64,000 nucleotides of DNA from Nitrospirales bacterium (GTDB lineage Bacteria; Nitrospirota; Nitrospiria; Nitrospirales; UBA8639). The position numbers and the translations under genes were made by a program. The stretch covers positions 2,144,001-2,208,000 of the forward strand of contig CBDBCZ010000019.1 of assembly GCA_965203295.1 (NCBI GenBank). The letters are read 5' to 3'. Of the stretch, positions 10,694 to 21,730 are shown one piece after another (position 1 is the stretch's first letter; each line of letters begins with the position of its first letter). A model generated the notes under the pieces. That model was not told where the DNA came from, made no database searches, and saw only the letters and a program-made list of their open reading frames with translations.

Positions 10694-11017
10694 TCAACCG
10701 GGAACTGGATTCTTCAATCTTGCTGTTGTGGATTTTTCTCCATAGGTGATTGTTTCCGTCAAGGCTTGATCGCCAATTTGATCAATCATTTCCATTTTAA
10801 TAGCGTTATGCTTGGCCATATTGTCACAAACCCAAACACATTGGGCACATCCCTTACAACGGTCAACAGCCACATAGGCAGAACCATACTTGAGCCCCTT
10901 ATCTTTACCTGCCTCCTCATTGTAAAGAATGGTATTGGCTTCAGGGCAATATTGTGTACATAATTTACAACTGGTCGCAGCACAAATTTCCGTCATTATA
11001 TGGGCAACTAAATACAT
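10694..11017 (-). CDS. forE: 2-oxoacid:ferredoxin oxidoreductase epsilon (ferredoxin-like) subunit
   Basis: CAATSCKLCTQYCP and CKGCAQCVWVC 4Fe-4S motifs. Confidence 0.85.
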   Translation of the reverse strand: MYLVAHIMTEICAATSCKLCTQYCPEANTILYNEEAGKDKGLKYGSAYVAVDRCKGCAQCVWVCDNMAKHNAIKMEMIDQIGDQALTETITYGEKSTTARLKNPVPG

Positions 11018-11039
11018 GGAGCCTCTTTTTTCTCAGCAT

Positions 11040-11759
11040 TTATGCTGTTGCAGTGGCTGGTTTTCCAGTGGAGGTACTTTTCACCCCCTTATTACCCCAG
11101 CTGTTTTCTACCGCATAATCCCACGCGGCTTTGACCACTGCAAGATTCTTATCAATCAATTCTTGTTTTTTCTTAAATTTTCTCTCAACAACACTATCTA
11201 GGGCTGCCGTTCCCCCGGAGACGACAAATCCCTTCCCGAGGAATCGGTCTTTCACCGCCTGCGCCAATGCATCAAGATTCGACAACCCTGTAATCGCACC
11301 AATTGCACCACACATAGCCATGTTGGTGGCCAGATCTATCCCTGCCACATCAAGAGAAAGTTTTGTGGCTGGCAAATAGTACAGCTTGGCGTTTAATTCG
11401 GCTAACTCATTTTCATGGTCAGGCTCCAATCGCATGGGGCCAACATTGTTGATTAAGGCCACTCCATCTTTTTTCAAACCAAAATAGAAGGGATTGGTAT
11501 AGCTTTTTCCATGGGTAATACACTGGGGGTGAAAAATCATGATGATATGTGGAAAGGTGATTTCTCCGACTTCATAAATCGGTTCATCCGACACACGCAC
11601 ATAACTTTCAACAGGCGCCATTCGTTTTTCTGACCCATAGAAAGGGACAATGGTACTTTCCCCACCGGCATTAATAACGGCCGTACTAAAAATATGGGAA
11701 GCTGTCACAACACCTTGCCCCCCAACTCCAGCCATACGGATGTTATATCGAATAGCCAT
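11040..11759 (-). CDS. forC: 2-oxoacid:ferredoxin oxidoreductase gamma subunit
   Basis: RMAGVGGQGVVTAS, PFYGSEKRMAPVESYVR. Confidence 0.88.
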   Translation of the reverse strand: MAIRYNIRMAGVGGQGVVTASHIFSTAVINAGGESTIVPFYGSEKRMAPVESYVRVSDEPIYEVGEITFPHIIMIFHPQCITHGKSYTNPFYFGLKKDGVALINNVGPMRLEPDHENELAELNAKLYYLPATKLSLDVAGIDLATNMAMCGAIGAITGLSNLDALAQAVKDRFLGKGFVVSGGTAALDSVVERKFKKKQELIDKNLAVVKAAWDYAVENSWGNKGVKSTSTGKPATATA

Positions 11760-11837
11760 TCCCTTTTCCTCCTATTTTCTTTTCACAGGGACAACGCTCT
11801 TGAACCCATATCCACTGATGACCAAGTTTTTCAAAAT

Positions 11838-12728
11838 CTAATTTTTCGCTATGGCCTGTTGTGGTTTAGGGAGGTATTCCTTATAACCATACAGCCCTGC
11901 TAAATATTCTTTGGCCTCATCCGTTATATGCTCTGAAAATTTATAACGATCGTTTTCCACATCCTTGGCATCTTCCATCACCTTATCTGTAGGAATCGCA
12001 TATTCAATATTGCAGGAGGTATAGGCCTGAATGTACGTTGGACCAACTTCACGGGCGATCAACACTGCTTTTTTAATGACACTTTCCACCCGACGTGGAT
12101 TATTAGGAACTACCGTGGCCACATAGGCACATCCAGCAACCTTCGCCATTCCCAACATATCCATTTTTTCAAATTTCTTTCCAAGAGGAGCCATTTTGAG
12201 AACCTGACCCTTATTCGTCATTCCACTTTCTTGGCCCCCGGTGTTCCCGTACACTTCATTATCCAACATAATGGTAGTGAATTTTTCTTTCCGGAACCAC
12301 GAATGGAGGGTTTGGGCAAACCCAATATCAGCCATTCCTCCATCACCCGCCATAACCACCACATCTTTTGGCCGATCCCCAAACCGGAGCCGAAGGCCCC
12401 TGGTTAATCCACTCGCCACTCCATTTTGGTCCCCATAATTGCCATACACAAAAGGAATAGCCGCCTGTGAAATAGCCAACCGCCCACAACCCGCCGTTCC
12501 CACAGTAATCGTGTCCTCTGGGTTGGGAAAAGCAACCAATGCCAGCCTGATAAAAAGGGTCATCGCACACCCTGCACACATGGGATGCTCTTCAAGAATC
12601 TCCTTAAACGTTCCAACTTGGGAAACAGTGGTCTTTTTCCCAAAAGGTCCGTGTTGAACCATGTCCCTATATTCTTTCGGCATCCATCTATCAAAGCCAG
12701 GAGTGAATTTTACATAATCGAGGCTCAT
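11838..12728 (-). CDS. forB: 2-oxoglutarate:ferredoxin oxidoreductase beta subunit (TPP-binding)
   Basis: HPMCAGC, GTAGC, AGDGG...DNEVYGNTGGQES TPP motif. Confidence 0.88.
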   Translation of the reverse strand: MSLDYVKFTPGFDRWMPKEYRDMVQHGPFGKKTTVSQVGTFKEILEEHPMCAGCAMTLFIRLALVAFPNPEDTITVGTAGCGRLAISQAAIPFVYGNYGDQNGVASGLTRGLRLRFGDRPKDVVVMAGDGGMADIGFAQTLHSWFRKEKFTTIMLDNEVYGNTGGQESGMTNKGQVLKMAPLGKKFEKMDMLGMAKVAGCAYVATVVPNNPRRVESVIKKAVLIAREVGPTYIQAYTSCNIEYAIPTDKVMEDAKDVENDRYKFSEHITDEAKEYLAGLYGYKEYLPKPQQAIAKN

Positions 12729-12853
12729 AGGTTATCCCCTCCTTCAAAATTTATAGAATTTACCATTACTTTCCTCTTTTTCCCGCGTTACTTCACCATC
12801 ACTCACTCTGAAAATTTCAAAAAACCTCAAATTTTTAAGAACTTATTAAGCGT

Positions 12854-12883
12854 ACGTTAACAGAGATTTTTAAAAATTGTCAA
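12854..12883 (-). promoter_or_regulatory. Putative sigma-70 promoter of the for operon
   Basis: Minus strand TTGACA-N18-TAACGT with an extended TG, about 125 nt upstream of forB. Confidence 0.45.
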
Positions 12884-13278
12884 TCATTAATAAAGAAATT
12901 CCACCCTAGGACAAAGTCTTTTAGTGAACTCAGCACGTGACTTAACTGGATATAAAAGTCTATCGTAATATTAAGGCGAGACCGCAAAGGAAGACAACAC
13001 AAAAGAAGGCCCACCCTATTAAAAAGAAGGCCTATGTCACATATTCTCATCTAGGCCTTTTGTACCAAACCTCCTTTTCTTACTCCTTACTTACTCCCGA
13101 AGCATGGAAAACACAATTCCAAATCCTCAATTTCGCATTCTATTCTTTCCTCATCAAGACCAGAAAAAGTCATGCAAAATCAAAGTAAATCCCTAGATAC
13201 TAGAAGAAGATCGCCAAAAAGTGACTCTGCCATCTTAAAAAATAAGGCGAAAACATAATGTTCCTTAAAAAAAAGAGT

Positions 13279-14262
13279 TTAGTCCAGAATATATTGGACG
13301 GGATTCACAACTTTGTCGTTTAAGGCAATCTGGTAATGAAGGTGTGGGCCAGTGGAAAACCTTCCTGTATTCCCAACAAGGCCAATTAGGTCGCCGCGTT
13401 TTACCTTTTTCCCGTATTTGACCAAGATCTTGGAGAGGTGACCATACGTCGTTTCAATCCCAAACCCATGGTCAATTCGGATAAATTTTCCCATTCTGGT
13501 GTCATACGCCGCGAGGACCACCTTTCCAGCAGCCGGGGCCCTGACCTCTTTTCCACGTGGCGAACCAATATCTAACCCTGAATGAAAGGCTTTTTTACCA
13601 GTAAACGGTGAGATTCTTGGTCCGAACCTGGAAGTGATGGGACCTTTCACCGGCCAAACTGAAGGTGTCGAAGCCCAACGCTCTACACGTTCTCCAGCGG
13701 TCTCCTCAAGTTCGGCAAGAATTTTCTGCTCACATCCAACATGGTGGTTTAACCAAGAAAGGCCATTTTTGATATGAGTAATATGGCCAGCACGGGTGTT
13801 CAAGTCCTCTGCGACTTTACTGCTACCGGTAATGGTATCGATAAACGCGTTACCTGTTTGAGAAGGAAGCAGCTTTTCAAAGAGAATTTCCTCTCCGCCT
13901 CGACCATTTAAATCAGGGTCCGCTTGCAAGGTATCGGGCTCCAAGCCGAACATGGTCTGCAGCTTTCGATTGAGTTGCTGCATGACCGTCATTTTTTCAC
14001 GCATTTCATCAATCGCAGAAGAAAAGGCACTGGTCTGTCCCCTCGACTGAGAAATTTGCGCACGAAGGACCTTCAATTCCGTCACTTGGGCAAATTGAAC
14101 AACATAATGCGCAAGAATCCCAATTTGAAGAATCCCAAGACAGACGAATGCAATGATCATCCGTCGAACGGTTACTTTTCGTATTTTCAAACGTCGGGGA
14201 TTCGCGGTAGCTCCACGAAAGATCATGATGGTGTAGACATCATCTGATGGCTTCATAAGCAC
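13279..14262 (-). CDS. M23-family metallopeptidase with membrane anchor and coiled coil
   Basis: FGPRISPFTG, HSGLD, YGHLS, STGPHLHY. Confidence 0.93.
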   Translation of the reverse strand: MLMKPSDDVYTIMIFRGATANPRRLKIRKVTVRRMIIAFVCLGILQIGILAHYVVQFAQVTELKVLRAQISQSRGQTSAFSSAIDEMREKMTVMQQLNRKLQTMFGLEPDTLQADPDLNGRGGEEILFEKLLPSQTGNAFIDTITGSSKVAEDLNTRAGHITHIKNGLSWLNHHVGCEQKILAELEETAGERVERWASTPSVWPVKGPITSRFGPRISPFTGKKAFHSGLDIGSPRGKEVRAPAAGKVVLAAYDTRMGKFIRIDHGFGIETTYGHLSKILVKYGKKVKRGDLIGLVGNTGRFSTGPHLHYQIALNDKVVNPVQYILD

Positions 14263-14331
14263 CTTGCAAGTTTTATGAAGTCAGACATTTCTCCAAAGCC
14301 TTCGTCCTGTATGTACCCAAGATTTTCTTCA

Positions 14332-14667
14332 TCAGCCGCCTTGTGGCTTGATCGTTTCTCGAATCCAGTTTACGTATGGCTCAGACCCCCAGATGATTGG
14401 AATGGCAATAATTTCGGGAACAGTGTAACTGTGATGAGTTTTAACAGTAGCCTCCAAAGTTGGTAAGACATCCGTAGAAGTCTTAATCATGAGAAGGCAT
14501 TCCTGCTCATCAGCAACAGCCCCTTCCCACTTAAAAATGGATCGTATTCCTGGAACTAGGTTCACACATGCAGCAAGCTTCTTCTCCACCAGTATTCTTC
14601 CAATGGCTATCCCTTCCCCCTCGGAAGAAACCGTGACAAGGACCACCACCTCCGACATCGATGACAA
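14332..14667 (-). CDS. cutA: Divalent-cation tolerance protein CutA
   Basis: LVEKKLAACVN, SIFKWEG, HHSYTVPEIIAIPI. Confidence 0.95.
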   Translation of the reverse strand: MSSMSEVVVLVTVSSEGEGIAIGRILVEKKLAACVNLVPGIRSIFKWEGAVADEQECLLMIKTSTDVLPTLEATVKTHHSYTVPEIIAIPIIWGSEPYVNWIRETIKPQGG

Positions 14668-15064
14668 CCACCCTATTCAGGCTTCGCAATCAGACGAACC
14701 CGACTGAACCTGATTCGTTCTCTTCAGTTTTCAAACAACCTGCTCAATCTGTAACCATTCACGAAGCTGTCGACACGTACCAGCTGTTTTCTCGTCGACT
14801 AACGCATTCCTGAAGCGACAACATACCTTGGTCAGACATTCAAATATTTTGTACTATTCATTGCAAAAGTACAAGAGTTTTCTTATTAAGAATCCCTTCA
14901 AAAATCACTCAATATATTGAGTTGGGAATGGACATTAGAAAATGCTCAACAATCTCAACAACCCCTTCATCGCAAGAGCCAAGGGGTAATACTAAGACTC
15001 TGCACCCTCTTGCTGATCATTAATTATTAAGACCATCTCTTTTCACACATCAGTCAAAAAACTT

Positions 15065-15826
15065 CTAAACTTTGCCTGGCCGTAAAACATCAGGATGTTT
15101 TTCAGCATATTCAATAAGGTCGATGATAATCGGTCTTAAACTTCCTTGAAGAGCAGCGGGATAGCTTTTCACTGCCTCCTCAAGACCATAATAAGGTCCA
15201 TCGTACTCTTTCGCTTGAAATTCCATCGTAAAATTCCATAACACCTTGGAGGGATTCCCAGCAGGTGTAATCTGTAGATCCATCTCCAAGTTTGTCGTAA
15301 TTTTCCCCAGAGGCAACCCGATAAACCAAAAAACAGTTCCCATAGGACCAAGGAGGTAGGTCGTGATGTCTCTTTCCCATCGAGTTGACCGCAGATTGCC
15401 GTGGAGTACCAGATCGGAGGTAATGGCAGTGGAAGTATCAGCAAAGGCTACTGACGAAAAAACATTTGCCTCACGGATTTCATCTGCCAAGGCACGGGAA
15501 AAGTCGCGAGGTGGGTTGAAACGAACTTCATCGACAGGTTCCGGCTTCAAAGCAGTTTCAGGTTGATCATAAAACGTTTTACCTGAAGGAACTAAAGGGA
15601 TAGCCACTTTCCAATATTCAACCTGTTCCTCCGTACCACGAACATCATTAAGGGGCAGAACAACCAAACTTGCTGTTATTGGACGAGAGGCTGTTAATCC
15701 GAGAAATGTACCTTTAGGTGGGGGAGGATAGTCCCATCCATGAGATCCCAGGCAACCCGTGAAGACGGAAACAAGACTTATGGTGCTGGCCAAAAGCAAG
15801 AATTTCCATCGATGGGGCCATAACAT
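15065..15826 (-). CDS. Hypothetical lipoprotein
   Basis: Hydrophobic signal ending in lipobox-like FTGC; 253-aa ORF preceded by a GGAG RBS. Confidence 0.7.
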   Translation of the reverse strand: MLWPHRWKFLLLASTISLVSVFTGCLGSHGWDYPPPPKGTFLGLTASRPITASLVVLPLNDVRGTEEQVEYWKVAIPLVPSGKTFYDQPETALKPEPVDEVRFNPPRDFSRALADEIREANVFSSVAFADTSTAITSDLVLHGNLRSTRWERDITTYLLGPMGTVFWFIGLPLGKITTNLEMDLQITPAGNPSKVLWNFTMEFQAKEYDGPYYGLEEAVKSYPAALQGSLRPIIIDLIEYAEKHPDVLRPGKV

Positions 15827-15985
15827 GGTAGCACTCCTTTCTCCAGCCTGAAATCATTAAGGACAGATAATGTCCTATGTACCCATAAACACGCTGAACT
15901 CTCTCCTTAAAGAAAAGGCCTTTTCCAAGGCAAAAAAGTACCTTAAATGAACGAACTTACCTCGTTAGGCCTCCTTTTACTTTTC

Positions 15986-16606
15986 TCATGGACGAAGTTC
16001 ACCTAGTCTGCAAAGCTGTTCTTTGAGCTCAGAATAGGTATGCGTAACTGGGAAAGCTGGATATTCCGCCGAGATTGAATCAGGAGGTCTGAAGAAAACA
16101 CCTGCGTGGGCTTCCTGTAACATGGAAATATCGTTGTAGGAATCTCCGGCAGCTAACACTCGAAAACAAAGATTCTTCAATGTAGAGACTGCCTGACGTT
16201 TTTGGTCTTTTTGACGTAAATGGTAATTCCTGATTTTCCCTGTTTGATCCACTTCCAAGGTATGGCTAAAAAGCGTAGGGTAGTCCAATTGTTTCATGAG
16301 CGGGCCAGCCAGGTCATAATACGTATCCGACAGAATGATAACCTGGCAACGCTCCCGAAGCCACCGCAGAAACTCAGCGGCACCAGGAAGGGGTTCCATA
16401 CCAGCCACGACTCCCTCAATATCCGAAAGACGAACATGATGGCGGTCAAGCACATCAAGTCGTTTTCGCATCAATTCGTCATAGTCAGGAATATCTCGTG
16501 TGGTGACTTGTAATTCAGAAATGCCTGTTTTCTCAGCCACGGCAAGCCAAATTTCTGGAACCAACACACCTTCCAAATCCAAGCATGTTAAGACGGGATT
16601 GTTCAT
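15986..16606 (-). CDS. thrH: Phosphoserine phosphatase/homoserine phosphotransferase ThrH
   Basis: CLDLEGVLVPEIW, TTRDIPDYDELM, ILSDT, AAGDSYND HAD motifs. Confidence 0.95.
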   Translation of the reverse strand: MNNPVLTCLDLEGVLVPEIWLAVAEKTGISELQVTTRDIPDYDELMRKRLDVLDRHHVRLSDIEGVVAGMEPLPGAAEFLRWLRERCQVIILSDTYYDLAGPLMKQLDYPTLFSHTLEVDQTGKIRNYHLRQKDQKRQAVSTLKNLCFRVLAAGDSYNDISMLQEAHAGVFFRPPDSISAEYPAFPVTHTYSELKEQLCRLGELRP

Positions 16607-16795
16607 GCTCTGCTTTCAAAGAAAATTGATTAGACTAGGCCTCCCTCATAGGCAGGTTGTCATCTTATAAAAATTTACTTGACACTACAATTTCAAGATT
16701 TAACCGACGATCTCCTGTCATCACAAAACGATCCAAGAGACTCGAATTTTCTTCTCTACATCAAGTGACTGTTTTGTTTCTTGTCTTGCATCGTG

Positions 16796-17783
16796 TTAAT
16801 TTCCCAGCCCACTTTCTGGATTGACACCATAGGGCAGCGGCCTTCCTATCAACCCAGCCTGAAGATTCTCTGCTGCCATCAGAGCCATTTTTGTGCGTGT
16901 GGCTATTGAAGCACTGGCAATGTGAGGGACGATCAGACAATTGGGAAGTGTCAGAAGAGGGTCATTGATAGGAATCGGCTCAGGATCGGTCACATCCAGC
17001 GCAGCACATTCGATACGACGTTGGAGGAGAGCATGATACAAGGCCTGAGGATCCACCACAGATCCTCGTGACGTATTGATCAACATTGAGGTCGGCTTCA
17101 TCAGTTTCAGCTCGCGTTCACCAATCAAATGATATGTTCTGTTAGAAAGGGGAACATGAAGACTCAGAAAGTCCACTTCCGTGAGCAATGATGATAACTC
17201 ACGTTGCTCAACGTTAAGAGCGCGAGAAGTTTCCCGATCAAGTGAATGGGAGTAGGAAACAAGAATCCGCATGCCAAATCCCTGCGCTCTTTTGGCCATC
17301 GCCATACCAATTCGACCAAATCCAACAATCCCCAAAAACGACCCATGAATATCTTGCCCCAGCAAAGAGATTGGGCGACCAGGCGTCCCAGCGGCCATGC
17401 TTCACGAATTCTACTCCCTCGATGATCCTGCGAGCGCCACACATTAACAGGGCAAAAGCGAAGTCAGCTGTCGTTTCCGTCAGAACATCGGGGGTATGGC
17501 CTAAAGCCACCCCTTTACGAGCACAGGCTCCAACATCGATATGATCAACTCTCACCGACATGGTACTGACCACCTTGAACCGCGGAGCACATCTTAGAAA
17601 ATCTTCATCAATTTTATCCGTGAGCATGCAGAAAATCCCATCAACCGCTTCAACCCTTTTCAGCAAAATGTCCCGTGGGATAGGTTCATCGCCTTTCCAC
17701 ACCTCTAACTCTGCAAACACTCGTATTCGGTCTATGACTTCTTGATCGACTTTTCTGGTTAAATAGGCTTTTGGCTTTATCAT
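16796..17783 (-). pseudogene. D-2-hydroxyacid dehydrogenase (glyoxylate/hydroxypyruvate reductase type), frameshifted
   Basis: TPDVLTETTAD...WSPNL in one frame; LLGQDIHG..GIVGFGRIG, INTSRG, LDVTDPEP, PHIAS in another; extra T at 17364-17366. Confidence 0.85.
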
Positions 17784-17826
17784 GGTAACCGCTTTGACTT
17801 CAGCGTGTCATAAATTCAAATTCATG

Positions 17827-18831
17827 CTAGATCAATAACACCAACACAATAAATGCCCCATAACAGAGACCATTGAACATCAGGTGATACGGTCTCATGA
17901 CAGTCATACGACTTATTCGAGCGAGATATAAGGAAGCCACGAACGTCAGACCGATACCAATCAACACTTCCTTTCGAGGAACCCATGGTGTCAACAGGAT
18001 TCCTAGCGCTGGTAATAGACTCCCCTGAAAGACCATAGCCCCTGTGATATTCCCAAAGGCCAATGTATCGCGGCCTCGCCGAATCCAGAGAATGCTATTG
18101 ACCTTCTCAGGCAATTCTGTTGCAACTGGCACAATCAACAGCGAAAGCGTTAAGGCTGAGAGGCCGATCCATTGAGACAACGCTTCTACACCATATACAA
18201 ATCCTTTTGCCCCCATAATGATCAGCCCAAGCCCAAACCCTAATTGAAAGAGGATCGTGAATGAATTGTTAGGGAGACCAAGGCGGGATACATACAAAGG
18301 ATGGTCAGCCTCCGTACCATGTCCATCCTCGACGAGGTTAGCTGATGCCCGAATGGTCACCAGCAGATACCCCAAATAGATCAACGCTAATATCAAGACA
18401 ATCACCCCGCGAGATAATCGCCAATCAAAGGGAATAAACACCGCAATCAAACCAAAGGAAAAAGCCATCAAGAACCATTGCAAGTCTCGAGTGAGCCCGC
18501 TTATTTCTGGACATAAGGCTGTGTGCCAGCCACGTTTTCCAGCCGCAAACATGCCAACCAAAAAAAGCGTGAGGGTCGAGAGCATCAATGGGGCACCCAG
18601 TATCGCCCCGACTCCAACTTCTTCTCGTATTTCCACTGAAACGGAACTCGCCAATACCGCAATAACCGGGACCATAGACTCCGGCAATGCTGTCCCGACA
18701 GCTGCAAAGATCGATCCCGTTACGCCTTCTGAAATGCCCAGTCGTTCCCCGAGATGCTCTAACGCATTCGTAAACGCCTCAGCACCCAAGAGAATAACCA
18801 GTAACGACAAAAGGAGAATACACGCTTCCAT
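17827..18831 (-). CDS. CaCA-family Na+/Ca2+ exchanger
   Basis: Two alpha repeats AVGTALPES and PVATELPEK; about 10 TM segments; ATG at 18831 after GAGGT. Confidence 0.9.
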   Translation of the reverse strand: MEACILLLSLLVILLGAEAFTNALEHLGERLGISEGVTGSIFAAVGTALPESMVPVIAVLASSVSVEIREEVGVGAILGAPLMLSTLTLFLVGMFAAGKRGWHTALCPEISGLTRDLQWFLMAFSFGLIAVFIPFDWRLSRGVIVLILALIYLGYLLVTIRASANLVEDGHGTEADHPLYVSRLGLPNNSFTILFQLGFGLGLIIMGAKGFVYGVEALSQWIGLSALTLSLLIVPVATELPEKVNSILWIRRGRDTLAFGNITGAMVFQGSLLPALGILLTPWVPRKEVLIGIGLTFVASLYLARISRMTVMRPYHLMFNGLCYGAFIVLVLLI

Positions 18832-18938
18832 GAATCTTACCTCTCTACCAAATCCAATCGAAGAAAGAAGCCTGCTATAAAGCACAGCACACTATTCCAA
18901 GCCTTGCCTCATATTTCCCCATTGAATACACTATTCCC

Positions 18939-19088
18939 ATGGATGAAGTCACCCTCATCATGATCCTGGTAGTGAGTATCGTAGCTCTTTTTGTTGGAAG
19001 GCGATGGTGGAAAAATCGTCGATCTGCCAAATTGGCTGATGAACTCTTGGCAATTATTGTGAAGGAGAAAGACTCATTTCGCCGCTAG
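18939..19088 (+). CDS. Small single-pass membrane protein (49 aa)
   Basis: MDEVTLIMILVVSIVALFVGRRWWKNRRSAKLADELLAIIVKEKDSFRR*: TM helix followed by a basic patch; below the ORF-track cutoff. Confidence 0.5.
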   Translation: MDEVTLIMILVVSIVALFVGRRWWKNRRSAKLADELLAIIVKEKDSFRR

Positions 19089-19215
19089 CCAAAGACTCTT
19101 TCTCGCCAATATGGTTCACTATAGACAAATGGCCAGCAGCTGCGAATCCTTACGATGACCTCTTTCTTTTTCAGATCATCTACCCTAGACGGGTCCCTAC
19201 CTCCTAATCCAAGCC

Positions 19216-19995
19216 ATGTCCAGTCGCGATGCTACACATAGGGGACAAATTCATCTTCATCGAGGGAATCTGTCACAGGCCCAATATTGCTTTGAACAAG
19301 CTGTGGAGTCGGCTCGAGCAGATGAACCTGAAGAGACTCTAGGAGATGCATTAGGCAATTTGGGCAATGTCTATGCCCTTCAAGGTGAGAACCAGAAGGC
19401 TGAATGCTGTTACAAATAAGTCCTCGAGATTCAGGGTTCACAGCAGGGTGGAAAGGCTGTCGGAGAAACCCTCGTCAATCTCGGAAACCTCAAAGCTGAT
19501 GAGGGGAAATGGGATAAAGCTCGGGCATACTACTTAGAGGCGTTGGACATTCTGAAACCCATTGAACATCACCGTGCACTGGGAATTTTATACAGCAACA
19601 TGGCTCTTCAAGAAGTCGCCTGTGGAAACGGTCCGTCCGCACTTCTTCATTTTGATGAAGCGTTGAACCATCATCGAATAATTGGAAATGAAGAAGGCCT
19701 CGCCACAACGTTCAGCCAACTTGGCAAAACGCTCTTGTCTCTCGGACAGAACGATCAGGCTGAAAAATGCCTCAACAACGCCACTGAACACTTTATTAAA
19801 CTGGGAAACGAGCAAGGTGAAGCCTCTGTCCTCAGACTTCTGGCCACACTGTATGAAGAACGTGGCGACTCGATTTCAGCCATTCGATGCTTGGAGCACA
19901 CCGTTCAAATCGATCTTCGATACCACCTTCCAAAGTATCAAGAAGACCTCCATCGACTCACAACCTTGAGAAACACATCCCATCTTTTTCCCTAG
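19216..19995 (+). pseudogene. TPR-repeat protein with an in-frame premature stop
   Basis: ALGNLGNVY...CCYK*VLEIQ...TLVNLGNL; TAA at 19417-19419 and TPR repeats continue in the same frame. Confidence 0.8.
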
Positions 19996-20137
19996 AAGAA
20001 GGCATCCAGTTTCAGCAATAAGGCATATTCCAGGTTACGTTTTCGCTCATACTCTCTAGAATGGAATCCTCTCCCCCCTGCAAATGAGGAAAACTCCAAC
20101 CTTACTGGCCAGTGAGCCGCAACACCGATCAGAAGAC

Positions 20138-21637
20138 TTAATCCCTCCAGGACATCGTCATGGGTTGGAGGCCTTTTGTCTGTTCCAGTAATTGGGTCAC
20201 GCTCGCATCCATCATTTCCATCAAAGGACCGGGGTACAAACCAATCCCAAGCACGAGGATTGCTAATGGAATCACAGTGGCCAACTCCCGATTCGATAAG
20301 TCAGGGAGAATTTCGGCGACTTTGGTGTTTGGTTCGCCCAATGCCAACCTTTGTAGCATCCACAGCATATAGGCTGCGGCCAAAACAATGCCACCCATGG
20401 AAATGAGGACCATGGCAAAGCTGATATAGGATGTTCCGACCAGCACCAGAAACTCACCAATGAAATTGCAAGTGCCCGGCAGTCCAAAAGCTGCGACTGA
20501 GAATAAAAAGAATAAAGCCACGAATCTGGGCATGGGTTTATGCAACCCGCCGTAGTCAGAAATAGCTCGACTATGAGTGCGGTCGTATAATTGTCCAACT
20601 GAAATGAACAACGCAGCAGTGGTAATGCCGTGATTAAACATTTGTAGTATAGCCCCTTGAATGCCCTGGCTGTTGAACACAAAAATTCCAAGCGTGACAA
20701 ACCCCATATGGGAGACAGAAGAGTACGCGACAAGTTTCTTAAGATCAGACTGCGCCAAGGCCATATACCCACCATAGACGATAGCAATCACTGATAACCA
20801 TAAAATATATGGAGCGAACATGGTGGAGGCCTCTGGAAATGTGGGCAAACAAAACCGCAAAAATCCATATCCGCCCATTTTTAACAACACCCCAGCCAAG
20901 ATCACGCTGCCAGCAGTCGGCGCCTCAGAATGCGCATCAGGCAGCCACGTGTGGAATGGAACCATGGGCATTTTAATGGCAAATGCCAAAAAGAATGCCA
21001 AGAACAACCAAAATTGTGTAGAAGCAGAATAGGTTTGCCCCGTTAGCACTAACAGGTCGTAAGTGTGTCCTCCATTTAGATAGAGGCCTAATATTCCCAC
21101 CAACATCATTAAACTGCCGGTCAGACTGTACAAGACAAATTTAATCCCTGCGGTGATGCGATTTGGACCTCCCCAAAGAATAATCATGAAATACATAGGA
21201 ATCATCGTGACTTCCCACAGCATGAAGAAGAGGAACAGATCCAGGGCAGTAAAGACGACCACCATGGCGCCTTCAACCAGCAAGATCAGCGATAAATACG
21301 CGCGTACTCGTGTGGTGATGGCACTCCAAGAGCAGAGGACACAAAGTGGACAAAGAAGAGCAGTGAGTAGGACTAACAGGATACTGATTCCATCCACGCC
21401 AACCGCATACTGAATATTGAATGTGGGCATCCACTCCACCCGTTCCACAAATTGCATGCCCTGTTGGGTGAAGTCGAAATTTCTCCACAGAATGAGCGAG
21501 AGAAAAAACTCTACCATGGTAGAGCCAAAGGCAACTCGACGAATCCATTCTTCATGACGGACAAAAGCCAGGAGAACAATTCCCAAGAACGGGACGGCAA
21601 TCATCCAGCTAATGACATGATCCATCAGAACGGGCAT
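20138..21637 (-). CDS. NuoM-like antiporter subunit (complex I subunit 4 family)
   Basis: GVDGISILLVLLT, WEVTMIPMY, AIKMPMVPFHTWLPDAHSEAP, LKKLVAYSSVSHMG. Confidence 0.92.
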   Translation of the reverse strand: MPVLMDHVISWMIAVPFLGIVLLAFVRHEEWIRRVAFGSTMVEFFLSLILWRNFDFTQQGMQFVERVEWMPTFNIQYAVGVDGISILLVLLTALLCPLCVLCSWSAITTRVRAYLSLILLVEGAMVVVFTALDLFLFFMLWEVTMIPMYFMIILWGGPNRITAGIKFVLYSLTGSLMMLVGILGLYLNGGHTYDLLVLTGQTYSASTQFWLFLAFFLAFAIKMPMVPFHTWLPDAHSEAPTAGSVILAGVLLKMGGYGFLRFCLPTFPEASTMFAPYILWLSVIAIVYGGYMALAQSDLKKLVAYSSVSHMGFVTLGIFVFNSQGIQGAILQMFNHGITTAALFISVGQLYDRTHSRAISDYGGLHKPMPRFVALFFLFSVAAFGLPGTCNFIGEFLVLVGTSYISFAMVLISMGGIVLAAAYMLWMLQRLALGEPNTKVAEILPDLSNRELATVIPLAILVLGIGLYPGPLMEMMDASVTQLLEQTKGLQPMTMSWRD

Positions 21638-21730
21638 TCATCTGATCTTTTTTAAGAGAGGAATGATCTCATATTTTCTAATGTGTTGTAGAAACGAGAT
21701 GCGAAATATGATCATCGAGTCACCAATGAA

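Noticed and set aside
18832..18938. A fourth riboswitch copy upstream of the Na+/Ca2+ exchanger
   Set aside because: Neither conserved motif nor a terminator is visible
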